DNA of 64,000 bases from assembly GCA_951406725.2 (NCBI GenBank), contig OX597820.1, positions 126,790,001 through 126,854,000 of the forward strand, written 5' to 3'. Every line of letters begins with the position of its first letter. Within the stretch, counting starts at the first letter, position 1. Under the pieces are notes generated by a model. The model was not told the origin of the DNA. It saw nothing but the letters and a program-made list of their open reading frames with translations, and ran no database searches. The position numbers and the translations under genes are program-made. This document shows, in pieces, positions 25,658 through 42,685 of this stretch. Origin of the DNA: Octopus vulgaris (lineage: Eukaryota).

Positions 25658-28471
25658 TGTATGTATGTATGTACGTATGTGTGGGGACTGTATTTCATGA
25701 AATGATTTTCACCTTTTATAGTAATTACCAAAGTAGTCTCCCGAGGGCCTACCAAAAGACATGGGATACTACTACATCCTGGATAAAATGCATCGAGAAT
25801 GGGAGGGGGTGAGTGGATGTACGGTGCCACAAACCATGGTACATGTTGGTAGCTAATCATCCTGGATTAAAAGAGATTAAAAGACACTGGATTAAAAGAG
25901 ATGGCTGTCATCTAACATTATATCATCATCATCATCATCATTTAACATCTGTTTTCCATGGGTTGGACAGTTTGACCGAAGGTGGTAAGTTTGGGGGCGG
26001 GGGGCAGCCTGCAACTGACTCCATTGTCTGTTCTGGCATGGGTTCTTTGGTTGGATGTTGTTCCTAATGCCAATCACTTTACAGTATTTACCGAGTGCTT
26101 TTATATGTGACATCAGCACCAGTGTTTTTAAGGTGGCACCATTTCTTTTACTTACTTCAGCCATTGGACAGTTGACATGCTGTGGTACAGCCTCAAAGGA
26201 TTTAGTTAAATCCCAGCACTTGTTCTTAAGCTTGGAATTTATTCTATTGGTCTGTTTTGTTGAACCACTAAGTTACTGGGATGTAAACAAACCAACAGCA
26301 GTGGTGAGGTCAATCACAAAGATACACACACATATACATATATATGAACATATATATGAACATATATATATATATATTGTTTTTTTCGTATTATTTTTGT
26401 ATTTATATTCGTGTAACATCGTCCATTTTTCTGTCCTTATTTCGTATACATTTGAAGCTTTTTTTCCAAGGAATCCAATGCTCTTAGCTTAGTTTTTCCT
26501 TGGGGCTGGCCAGATTGGAGCAATCTCAAGATTAATCAGCTGAAATTGCGAGGATAATCTGGATCATGACTGAAAATTAAAGGCTTCGAATGACCCGTCC
26601 ATGTTTTTTGCATCGTCTTCTGGATATTTTGCATTCTTGTCCCATTTTGTATGTTTATATATATATAAACATATATTTATTGCCCCTTGTGAGCAATAAA
26701 GAAATAAGAATAAAATAGTAATCAGAGGGGTCCATAGATAAAAAATGGTTGAGAACTCCTGCTATAGCTGAAGACAAAATGTCCAAGAGGAGAGTGGGAC
26801 GGAACTTGAAACCACACAGCTGGGAAGTAAATTTCTTAACCACCGAACCACACCTAAGCCTATTCCATGCCTTACCCCAGTGCAGTCAGAATAGTCACTG
26901 TTCCAAACATGTTGTTAACTGGCTAGAATGGCTCTTCTGCTTGCTAGAATGGCTCAGATCTCAAAAACAGAAACATTAATTCTCACATATGAAAACAAAT
27001 ACTTATTAACCAAGATTTTTTAAAGAAAAATTCATTGGAAATCATTTTTTTCTTTTTAATTAATCGATTTGGCAAAGTTGAGTTTTCAGAATATCTTTGA
27101 ATTAATAAAGCGGTCTAATTAAATTTTACTAATCAGTATGGTTTTTTTTCATTCATTTCCTAATATTTTTTCATATTGATACTGTTAATGTTTTTCACTG
27201 TATTTATGTCATTCATATTTTGCTGTTTCAGGAATGCCAGAGATTTGCTTTAATGAATTTATTACAATAAATTAAGATAACCCTCTCTCTTTCTTTCTCT
27301 TACTCTCTCTCTCTCTCTCTCTCTCACTCTCTTGCTCTCTCCTCTTGTCTCTGTTTTTTTTATATCTCTTTCTTCTTTTGTGTTCGTGTATATTTATATG
27401 TACGTTTGTGGATGTATATTAACATGCTTAATATATATGTATATATATATATATATATGTATGAATGTATGTATGTATATGTATGTATGTATATATATAT
27501 ATGTATGTGTGTGTGTATATATATATATATGTCTATATATATGTATATGCCTATATATATATATATATGCCTATAAGTGTGTGTGTTTGTGTATGTATGT
27601 TTACACTCATCTGTATTTATCTCTCTTCTTATCTGTCTCTTTGTATGCATGTATGCATGCAAGCATACATGTATGTATTTACATTTGTTTTTATGTGTCT
27701 GTGTGTGCACATGTGTACATGTGTGCGTCTGTGTGTGCATGTGTTCATATGCCTGTGTGTATATATATATCTTTGACTGGGTGTGTGAGTGGCCAAGGAT
27801 TAGATTATTGAGGTCAGTAAGAGAGAGATGGAGAAAGAGAGAGAGAGAGAAGTAGCCACTGTCTACTTCATTCTATCTCTCTTGTCCATTACTTTCTCTA
27901 GTAAGACTCTCCTTCTCTCTCTCTCCTTCTCTCTCTCTCCTTCTCTCTCTCTCCTTCTCTCTCTCTCTCTTTCCACATTCTGGTTCTTTCTTCTAACTAT
28001 CCCTTCTATCACTCCCTAACATTTCCTCCTCCTTCTTTCGCCACACTCTCAGCTATTTTTCTCCCAGCCATGTTGCTTTCAATGAATGGAATCAATGTTA
28101 AAGAGTACTCTTCAGTCTTGCTCAGGACAAGGCAACTCTTCTGAGGCTGGTGCCATGAGGAAATGAACCTTGTTGTTGACACAGATGCAGCCAAGGCTGA
28201 GGTGTAGTTAAGAAGTTTGCTTCAGAGCCATGTAGCATAGGGGGTTTGGTCCTACTGCAAGAACACTGTCAACTGGAGACTTGTTCTATAGCCACAGATC
28301 AGCCAACACCTTGAGAATGAAATTGGCAGAGGGAAACTAAAGAAGCCCATCATATGCATGCCCACATATGCAAACACACACACATGCACAGTCATACATA
28401 CACATACGCGTGTGTACCGTTAGCAAATTTTTCCCTCCATCTTCCCTTCCTCGGATCTTTCCTTTTCTTAT

Positions 28472-28506
28472 ATTTCTGACAAAGAACTCCGCTCGAAACG
28501 TTAAAT
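28472..28506 (+). ncRNA. Degenerate minimal hammerhead in a ~200-bp element (about 28415-28610)
   Basis: attt-CTGACAA-a-gaac-tcc-gctc-GAAA-cg-TT-aaat; G8>A is consistent with CpG decay; palindromic AACGTT. Confidence 0.55.
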
Positions 28507-29619
28507 CCTCCTTCTTTCCTTCTTTCCTGAGTGTCCAATAACACTATACTTGTTCCACGTCCTCACGTTGTTGTGTTTTCTCTTTGTGTTTTCACGTTTG
28601 GATTAACTATATATATATGCATATATATAAGCATGTGTCTGTGTGTGTACATGCATGTGTGTGTATGAGTGAGAAGGAGAAAGAGAGAGAGAGAGAGTAA
28701 TAGTATCATCATCATCATCATTCCTATCATTGCCAGGCTTGCAAGATTTAAACCTGATAAGATCCAAGTCAGTTCTTATCTAGAGTTACTGTCCTCATAG
28801 ATGCATTATTAAATTTTATTTTCGTTTTTAACACATTTTCTGTGGCTGGATGGTTAGATGCCCTTCTAGAAATCAAGCTCTTTATGGAGAGTACAATGTT
28901 CATTTCATCATGACACCAGTACCAGAGAGGTTGTCAAGTCCTACGTAAGATTAAAGGGTCTCCTTCATCTAACATTGATTTCATTCATTGAAAGAAACAA
29001 GAATGAGACAGTAATTGCCCAGAGAGTGACAAAAGAGAGAGAACAGAGGTAAGGAAGTGATAGAAGGGAGAGGAGAGTAAGACAGGAGAACTAGAATGAA
29101 GGAGAGAGAGAGAGTTACACAGGTAGGGTAAAGGGAGAGGAATAGATAAACAGACAGCTACATATTTGTTGTTGGTAAAGTGGTTGTGTAAAAAAGAATC
29201 TCTAACAGAAATTGATAAAATATACATCAGATTGAAATACTGGGATGCATGAGATTGACTACAATAACTTACAACACATATCCAGCGACTGATATGCAAG
29301 AATAAAAGATTGTACGGTATATACATGCATATATTCATCTACGCACGCACACACACACACACACACAACACTCATGTAATAGCTGACCTATGCAAGCATG
29401 ACAAATTCAGTACTGAAAGGATAATGATAAATGGTGGTGGTGGTGGTGGTGGCGACGGCGGCGGCGGCGGTGTTGGTGGCCGCGGTGAGGAGGACAAGGA
29501 GTAGGAGGATGTACTTGCATACAACTTCACGTTTTGACTATTCTGTTGTCAGTTTCAGCCAGAGGCAGTGGCCATGCTTGGGCACCACCAATGAAAGAAA
29601 GCTAACACCAACCACTGGA

Positions 29620-29685
29620 TGCTGAAACCCAGGGTTGAACCAGGGACCTTTAGATGTTCAGGCCAATGGACTACCAACTGAGTCA
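29620..29685 (-). pseudogene. tRNA-Phe(GAA) pseudogene, 5' acceptor strand lost
   Basis: Minus strand ctcagttggtagtccattggcctGAAcatctaaaggtccctggttcaaccctgggtttcagca aligns to metazoan tRNA-Phe CTCAGTTGGGAGAGCGTTAGACTGAAGATCTAAAGGTCCCTGGTTCGATCCCGGGTTTCGGCA. Confidence 0.85.
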
Positions 29686-29704
29686 TATACATATATACAC
29701 AGAA

Positions 29705-30095
<391 letters not shown>

Positions 30096-30679
30096 GCAAG
30101 AGAAAGAGAGAAGTGTAGAGAAGAGTGATAGAAATGAAGAGGTAATGCATCCAAGAACAAGAGTAGAGGTAAGAGGAAACAGGGAAGAGAAACCTGGAGA
30201 TATCACAAAATATATTGTAAGAATCTCAACCAAAAACCATCCCTGTCTCTATAGGAACCCCATCACAGCTTCTGTAGAGCTGAACTTTACATAAGATTCT
30301 CATTCACTGTTCTATAGAAATTGGAGAATTACTGTTGTGTTGTTGTTATCCATATTAGTATTATTGTTTGTGTTTATGATTTGTGTTTTTTTTTGAAAGC
30401 TCCCTATAGGAAAATAATATGAATAAAATTAATTTACCTCCTGTAAATACAATTGTGTATCGTTATTGGAAATATTAGCATGGATGTTGTTTATTGGGTT
30501 GGGTTCGTTTTGTTGGCTGTTGTTGTTGTTGTTGATGATGATGATGATGATGATGATGGTTAGGAAGAGAGCAAGAGAGAGAGAGAGAGATAACATGTGA
30601 GTGTTTTGTACATGTGTATGGATGTGAATGTGCATGTGTATGTATGTGTATGCGTGTTTGTCTTGTATGGATGAAAAGC

Positions 30680-30733
<54 letters not shown>

Positions 30734-31237
30734 TTTATAGCATATGAATATGAAAATGAATGTTAAACCATTATTAACAAATAACTCATTTATCGTCAAT
30801 GCTATATTTTATTTTTGGGCTGTTTATTTGTAACACTTGCATATATATGTGTGTATATATATAAATATACACATATATATACATATATATATATATGTAC
30901 ATGCATACACAAAGATCAATACATTCATATATAACACATATATAAAAATATATATACATTCATACAAACATACATATATTCAGTTATATATATATATATA
31001 TACACATACACACATATTGTAATCTCTATGTTTATGTATTTAACAATATATTTGGTATTTCTAAAACGTTTTTGTTCATTGGTGCATTGGATTTTATGAA
31101 TGAAAGAATTAAGAAATAATTCTATGACTTGTAAATTTAATATTGCCACTTTCTACATGCATATACACACACAGACATATACACATTCATGTACATACAT
31201 ACAAACACATATCTTATATATACATATATACATTTAC

Positions 31238-31303
<66 letters not shown>

Positions 31304-31305
<2 letters not shown>

Positions 31306-31567
31306 TGGAGGCACAATGGCCCAGTGGTTAGGGCAGAGGACTCGCGGTCGTAGGATCACAGTTTCGATTCCCAGACCGAGCGTTGTGAGTGTTTATTGAG
31401 CGAAAACACCTAAAGCTCCACTCTTTCTCTCACTCTTTCTTCTGTTGGCCTGCTCGCTTAGCCAGCGGGGTGGCATCATTTGAAGGCTAAAACAATGTGA
31501 AGCGCATTGTGACCAGCGATGTGTAGCAACATCTGATAGCCTGGTCGGTCATGGTGATCACAGTGAT
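31304..31567 (+). mobile_element. tRNA(Arg-like)-headed SINE with family C head and a different tail
   Basis: tggaggcacaatggcccagtggttagggc...ctcgcggtcg...gtttcgattccc; 3' part differs from 9769-10067 and 44910-45211. Confidence 0.8.
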
Positions 31568-32247
31568 ATATATTTATATATACACACGCATACATATATA
31601 TACACACACACATACACACACACACACATACATACACAGTTAAGATATAGCAATTCGCAATTCGTATATCATAAAATCATTCCCCACTGGTAGTGGCATT
31701 GCTAAATATGTCCACCGCTGGATGATTCTCCTTTGCTACTGATATATTCCTGTGTTTTTTAATAGTATGTGTTTATAAGGAATGCTATCTCAAGACAAAT
31801 ACCACAGTAAGTTGGCTTTCAATGATATGTCTACTATACGTATGATACACAGATTGCTCTTTTGAACTAATACTGTTTCTGTTGCAAATAATGAATTTTA
31901 TTCAGCCTGCTAGTTAATTGCAACATCAATGACTTTGCAATCACTGTTTTGCTATATCAGTAACAGCTGACTTTTGTCTTAGCATGCAGTTGTCAGCGAC
32001 TACTTGCTACTGACAATGCCCAATGACACAGAAATACATATTTAGTAATGCCATCACCACTGTTGGATGACATTTGTCTGCTACTGATGTATTTCTGTGT
32101 TTTTTAACATTATATGTCAATAAGAGATGCTTTCTTGACACAAATATTCCACTTTATCAGGCTTCCAATGATGTATCTGGTTGTGGACAACTGACACTTT
32201 GTTACATCCCTCCAGTAAAGCTACAGTGTTAAACAGGAATAATACTA

Positions 32248-32288
<41 letters not shown>

Positions 32289-32301
32289 TAATAATAATAA
32301 T

Positions 32302-32380
32302 GAGGTGTTACCTTAGTTCACTGGTAGTGAACAGTTGGCACCATAGTAGATCCCCAGCATTAGAAGCTGTGCAAAGACAA
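32302..32380 (+). mobile_element. R4/Dong-like 3' UTR stub inside (TAA)n
   Basis: Matches 20175-20251. Confidence 0.75.
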
Positions 32381-32396
32381 TAAATAATAATAATAG

Positions 32397-32470
<74 letters not shown>

Positions 32471-32471
32471 G

Positions 32472-32568
<97 letters not shown>

Positions 32569-32570
<2 letters not shown>

Positions 32571-33124
32571 GCCCTGATGCAGTACCAGGCAGTGGCTCTC
32601 ATGGCTTCTGATCTTAACTGATTGGAAGTGTTATCATGTACATTGTTTTGTCTTGGTATAAAAGATGGGCTACAGCAAATATTCTGCTCAATACCACAGA
32701 TTTGCTTGTCAGTTGTTTGACCTTAACCAGTTGAGCATGTCCCTTAGTGGCTGACGATATGTGCATCTCTGATCACGAGCAGAAGTAGTGGGGGAGCATC
32801 ATAGCCATGTGTTGAGAGGGATGCTTTGGGGTTTGAATAGTTCACCTCTGGAAACACGGGTGGTTCTTTCAACATCCTTAAACAACCCTTATTCGGGGAC
32901 CGTTTGAGCGGGATGGGCTACTCAACCTGAAGAAAATTCAAACTGGGCCCCACCTGCAAGGTCATGTGCTGTTTATCTTGATATGAGATCACCATGTCGC
33001 GCACATATGGTTGTGATGCATGTGCCTGGTGTACCTTTATCAGACGGGTAGTCATGATGGGTATATTGGGCTTCGTATATTTTACCCCAGTGTCACTTTG
33101 ATGGCATGAACTGCTCTCTCACTC
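32569..33124 (+). mobile_element. ~556-bp non-coding element flanked by (TAA)n on both sides
   Basis: atgccctgatgcagtacc...ctgctctctcactc; same 5' boundary as the copy at 20874. Confidence 0.8.
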
Positions 33125-36660
<3,536 letters not shown>

Positions 36661-37260
36661 GCCGTTTTGTCGTATAAAGCAAACATTAGATAATATGATC
36701 CTGGGTTCCCTGCACGAAGAAAAAGACAGGATGGTCACATCTAGAATATCCTTCATCAGAGTTGATCTGTGGCTGAGCAACAATAACAACCAGCAAAGGA
36801 ACCATGTTAATGTTTGAGGTTAGAAATGTCTGCAATTTCCTCTGCACAAAAGAATAATTGAATTAAGTAAAAAAAATGTAAAGAACAACCGACTGCTTTA
36901 TAAATATTATAAACTAAAATGATTTATTAAGAAATAGTTATTTTAACTTGAATTTTTTAAAATTTTATTTGTATGTGTAATATATGTGTTATAAATATAT
37001 CTATTGTATATATATAAATATTGTATAGTTATTTCTATATTTCTATGTGTTATTACATGTTTATGCACCACACCAACAAAAATCAAATTGTTGTATATAA
37101 TGTGTTTCTAAATTTGCAATTTCCAACTCTTGTGTATTTACACAGCTTTTGTTAATGTATGAGCAATATGTCCGTGTGTGAGAGATTCTGCTTTAGTCTG
37201 CTAGTGTATATATACCACACATCACACATACGAATATAAATATATATACCTATACATACA

Positions 37261-37328
<68 letters not shown>

Positions 37329-37329
37329 T

Positions 37330-37370
<41 letters not shown>

Positions 37371-37482
37371 TATATGTACACACACACACATATATACATG
37401 TGTGTCGATATGTATATATACATATGTGCATGAATGTGTATATGTGTGTGTGTGCACACGTGCGTGTGTGTGTGTGTGTGTG

Positions 37483-37514
<32 letters not shown>

Positions 37515-37966
37515 GACATATATATGTATGTCTGAATGTACGTATGTACATATGTATATATAGTGTGTATACATTTCATCATACATTTTCAATGTTAGTA
37601 CATATATATTTACCATACGTATTTCATTACATATATTCACACACTTTTATTTATATAAACATACATATTCTGAAAGATATATACAAGTCTGATGTTTTTT
37701 CCAGCTGTCAGAATACACATGTAATAAAAAATAATAAAAAAATCTTGGTTATAAAATTAAATTTTACTGAAATTTGCTTCTTTAAATTAATTATTTTGGC
37801 AAATATTATTTATGTAGAGGGGAAAAAAATGGTAACAAAAACTAACAAAAATATTCTATAAAGTTTTTTTTTACCAAAATTCATTTCAGTAAATGTAGTA
37901 ATTCTCTTTCTCTCCCTCTCCCTCTCCCTCTCTTTCTCTCCCCTTCTCTCTCTCTTTCTTTGTATG

Positions 37967-37997
<31 letters not shown>

Positions 37998-38399
37998 GTA
38001 TGTATGTGTGTGTATGTATATATATGTATATGCACATGTATATATATATATATATACATATACACATACATACACACATACACACACACACACACGTATA
38101 CATGATTCGTATGTTGATTTATATTGTACAAATGTAGCAGGAGTGCTCAATACATGTTGTAAAGGAAATGGTATTTCATTGAAATTGAAGCTGAGAGTTT
38201 GACTCATGACTCAAGCTTTTTTGTGTGGGGAATGGGGGGGGGCTTGTGTGTATGCAGGTATGTCTTTGTCTACGTCTACAATAAAAAAAAAACGTAGAAA
38301 ATAGAAAGGATCCGAGGTCCTTCCTGGCTCATTGGATCATAAGGCCAGTTCCCAGGTTTCTGTGATTTATACATTCCCCACAGAGAAGAATGCAGGACT

Positions 38400-38875
38400 T
38401 TAATCTTTTATCTTTTATATTTTACTTGTTTTGGTTATTAGACTGGCCATGCTGGAACACCACTTTGAAGAATTTTTAGTTGAATGAATTGACCCCAAAA
38501 CTTATATATTTTTTTTTTTTTTGCATAAGCCTGGTATTTATTCTATCAGTCACTTAGCTGAAATGCTAAGTTATGGGGACATAAATACACCAACTGGGTG
38601 CCAAGCACTGGAAGAGGACAAACACAGAAATACACAGAAATGTTGGCACGCCATGCCGGTGGTATGTAAAAAGCACCATTCGAGTGTGGCTGATACCAGT
38701 GTCGCCTGACTGGCTCCTGTGCTAGTGACACATAAAAAGCACCATTCAAGCATGGTCGATGCCAGTGTTGTCTGACTGGCTCCAATGCTGGTGGCATGTA
38801 AAAAGCACCATCCAAGAATGGTCGATTCCAGTGCCACCTGAGTGACTCCCATGTCAGTGGCACATAAAAAACACC
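38400..38875. mobile_element. SINE A fragment (-) followed by family D tandem units (+)
   Basis: Similarity to other copies; repeated aaaagcaccatt...actggctcc units. Confidence 0.65.
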
Positions 38876-40238
38876 TCCGCTCGGAATTCACCAACCGCAT
38901 GGAGGAGGCCCTTAAAGATCACGCAGCCACGTCCATCGAGGAGAGATGGCAGCTTATTCGCGACACTACTTGCAGAATAGCCATGTCATCCCTAGGAAAG
39001 AGGGAGTGGAGAAATCAAGACTGGTTTGAAGCTCACCTGCCTGAGATGGAGCCTGTCATTGCTGCCAAGAGGGAAGCACTGGTCAACTATAAGCGCGACC
39101 CATCAGAAAAGAACCTAGCTACTCTGAGAACAGCCAGAAGTGACACCCAGAGGATGGCCAGACGTTGCGCCAACATCTACTGGCAGAACTTATGCCAGAA
39201 CATCCAGTGCTGTGCTGACAGTGGTAACGTGAAAGGGATGTATGAGGGGATGAAGAAAGCATTCGGGCCCACTGTCAGCAAGGTTGCTCCACTGAAGTCC
39301 AGGGATGGCGAGGTCATCAAGGACCAAGCGAAGCAGATGGAGAGGTGGGTCGAGCATTACCAGAACCTCTACTCCACTGAGAATGTGGTCACCAGGTCTG
39401 CCCTCGCCGGCATTCCTGCTTTGCCTGTCATGGAGGAGCTTGACCTGCCTCCAACAAAGGAAGAACTGAGCAAAGCAATTGACTCACTCGCTCGGGACAA
39501 GGCACCAGGGCAAGACGGCATCCCCGCAGAAGTCATCCAGTGCGGGAAGCCAGCCTTCTGGGCCATCTCCACGAGCTGCTCTGTCAGTGCTGGGAGGAGG
39601 GCTCTGTCCCTAAGGATATGCGTGACACAAACATCATCACACTGTATAAAAACAAAGGGGACAGAAGCGACTGTAATAATTACAGGGGCATATCACTGCT
39701 CAGCACTGTCGGTAAGGCATTTGCCAGGGTGGTCCTGAAGAGGTTGCAAATGCTTGCAGAGCGTGTGTACCCCGAGTCTCAGTCTGGCTTTAGAGCAGAG
39801 AGGTCTACAATCGACATGATCTTCTCACTCAGGCAGCTTCAAGAAAAGAGTCGAGAACAGAGACAGCCCCTATACGTAGCCTTCATTGACCTGGCTAAGG
39901 CGTTCGACTCAGTCAGCAGGGAGGGGCTGTTTGCGCTCCTGGGTAGGATAGGTTGCCCTCCCAGACTGCTGAAACTCATCACCTCCTTTCACGACGGTAT
40001 GCAGGGAACAGTGCAGTTTGACGGATCGCCCTCGGAGTCGTTCCCCATCCAGAGTGGAGTGAAACAGGGTTGCGTTCTGGCACCGACACTTTTCGGAATT
40101 TTCTTCTCCCTTGTCCTGTCCTATGCCTTCAGAACATCCGACGACGGAGTGTTCCTCCACACCAGGGCTGATGGTGGATTGTTCAATCTTGCGCGCCTCA
40201 GAGCTAAGACCAAAGTCCGTCAGGTGCTGATCAGAGAG
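38876..40238 (+). mobile_element. RTE (BovB-like) LINE internal fragment with RT N-half; one frameshift near 39555
   Basis: KAPGQDGIPAE, LYKNKGDRSDCNNYRGISLLS, PESQSGFR, FIDLAKAFDSV, GVKQGCVLAPTLF, LFNLARLRAKTKV; ends just before the FADD motif. Confidence 0.93.
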
Positions 40239-40249
40239 AGAGAGAAGAG

Positions 40250-40759
40250 AAATTCTCGAATATAGTCCACCCTTGAGTATAATATGCAGGGGATTTTTAG
40301 GGAGCTGTACCTCTGAAAAACCTAAACCTTGTGTATAATACGCACTCCTTCTCTAACTTGAGTCAAGGCGGTCTATATAACGTCCTTGATTTGTAAAAAT
40401 GTATACGGTAACATCCTTTATTATTATTGTATATATAACATAATGCAAACGTGTAGCTTTTTTGTGCATTTTGTTTGCAGAAAATAAAGAAATAACAGTA
40501 ATAATGTTTAATAAATGTTGCTTACTGCAAGTTATGGACGATTCTTTTATGACTTCATTGCTTTCAGGCTTAGCTTAACTTATTTTTGCACTCGACATCA
40601 CAAAATATGTCTGAATAAAAATTGCCAAACAGCAAATAGAGACTCAGACATTGCTTAGAAAATATTTTTCATTTTTAACCTCGTATATAGTACACAATAG
40701 GGATTTTGACCTTTAAATTTTAGGAAAAAAATGTGGATTATACTCAAGGATTTACGGTA
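40250..40759 (-). mobile_element. Tc2/pogo-like MITE, left end clipped
   Basis: Reverse complement of 46323-46849; ends ggattatactcaaggatttacggta. Confidence 0.75.
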
Positions 40760-41250
40760 TTCATCTAGCACATGCAAGCATGGAAAAATGGACGTAATAT
40801 GAACAAACAAGCTACATATTCCGTATGAGGTCGCTGAAGTACTAGACATATCAAATGTTTTCTTGCCATCTTAAACAAAAGTAGGACACATTAGATAATG
40901 TAAAAAAAGAAAGCCTGGTCATGTCTAGAATGCATTTGAATACAGGACCTGAAGCTAAGCAGCAACAACAACAACAATAACAGCTACTACAGCAACCTGT
41001 TCTATGATTCTGTTGACCTGTCACATCTGTGGATCTTCTTCTTAGCCTAAATCTTGCTTTAATGCAATGTCTTCTAACAGATGTAACACTTCACCTGTCA
41101 TCAGATCATCACTGCTGGTCAAGGACTAGAATGGTGACATAACCAATTATAAGAGAGGGAAAAGGAGAGAAGGAGAATTGCACCCCCAGCCCAGTAAAAT
41201 CTTCTGTGCTATTACTTTGCTTATCAACAAGCTTGGCAGTGAGGTAAGAT

Positions 41251-41690
41251 AAGGTGGCAAGCTGGCAGAAACATTAGCATGCCGGGCGAAATGCTTAGCA
41301 GTACTTCGTCTGCCACTACGTTCTGAGTTCAAATTCCGCCGAGGTCGACTTTGCCTTTCATCCATTCAGGGTCGATTAAATAAGTACCAGTTATGCACTG
41401 AAGTCGATAAAATCGACTTAATCCATATGTCCATCCTTGTTTGTCCCCTCTGTGTTTAGCTCTTTGTGGGGCAATAAAGAAATAAGACGTTTGCTCCCCT
41501 GCTGCATGGTTTTGGGTTCAGTCTCATTGCATGGCTTATTGGGACTGTTCTTGCTTCCCAAACACATGGTTCCAGGTTCAGTCCCACAGCATGGCACCTT
41601 GGGCAAGTGTCTTCTGCTATAGCCTCAGGCTGACCAAAGCTTTGTGAATGGATTTTGTAGACAGAAACTGAAAGAAGCCCGTCATATATA
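41251..41690 (+). mobile_element. SINE B followed by SINE A 5' half
   Basis: Matches 986-1218 and the family A head. Confidence 0.85.
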
Positions 41691-41732
41691 TATGTGTGTG
41701 TGCACGTGCGTGGTGTGTGTGTACACATACAC

Positions 41733-41786
<54 letters not shown>

Positions 41787-41806
41787 TGTATGTGTGAGTG
41801 TATGTA

Positions 41807-41856
<50 letters not shown>

Positions 41857-41857
41857 A

Positions 41858-42560
41858 AAAAAATTAATAGAAATGGCATTTCTGATAATTTTGCCACTTT
41901 AATAATTTGGTATGTTATAAGTTTACAAAAAGTCCCTCTGATGGGAGTTTCTTGCTTAAACACGGTTATCAAACTGATATTTTAGAGTTTTTTTTAATCG
42001 CTGTTTAAATAGAGAGTGTTTAATTACAAATATACACATATACAAACACTAACACACACACGCACATGTAAATATACCCATGCATAAATACATATATGAC
42101 CACCCCTTGAAATACGAAAATGACCACACTAAAAAATTCCATTTCTTTATTCTTGATCTGCTTAATTCTCCTTTTCCCCTTCTTTTGGTTTTGCATGTGT
42201 GTGTATATATGTATGAACAAATGTGAATATACATGAATGAATAGGTGCATATGTACTTTTGTGCTTCTCTGCATGTATGTAGATGTAAGGTCCTATGTTT
42301 TTGTTTGTGTACATCTACCTATGTGTGTATATGTATGTGTCTGGGTATATGTATGTGTGTGGGCGTGTTAGTGTTTGTATGTGTGTATGTTTGTAATTAA
42401 ACACTCCCTATTCAAATGGTGAATAACAAACCCTAACATATCAGTTTGATAACTGTGATTAAGCAAGAAACTGTCAGAGTCACCTTTTGCAAACTTATAA
42501 ATGTCTAATTATAAAAATGGAGAAGTTTTTCAGAAAAGCCATTTCTATTCATTTTTTTCA
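41858..42560. repeat. Diverged ~200-bp inverted repeat pair
   Basis: 41858-42060 inverts to 42365-42558 (e.g. tttcttgcttaa/ttaagcaagaaa, ttatcaaactgata/tatcagtttgataa). Confidence 0.75.
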
Positions 42561-42603
42561 AATATATGATTCTGTACCGAGGATCTTCTATTTCTTATTC
42601 TGC

Positions 42604-42668
<65 letters not shown>

Positions 42669-42685
42669 AAGTGATGTACAGATAT

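Noticed and set aside
26560-26605. Hammerhead-like ctgaaaa...cgaatgacccgtc in a TA-flanked element
   Set aside because: Both core boxes are mutated and stems are out of register; only suggestive.
42440-42482. Possible U3:A8 hammerhead (ttgataa...gaaactgtc)
   Set aside because: Stem I does not pair and stem II is weak.
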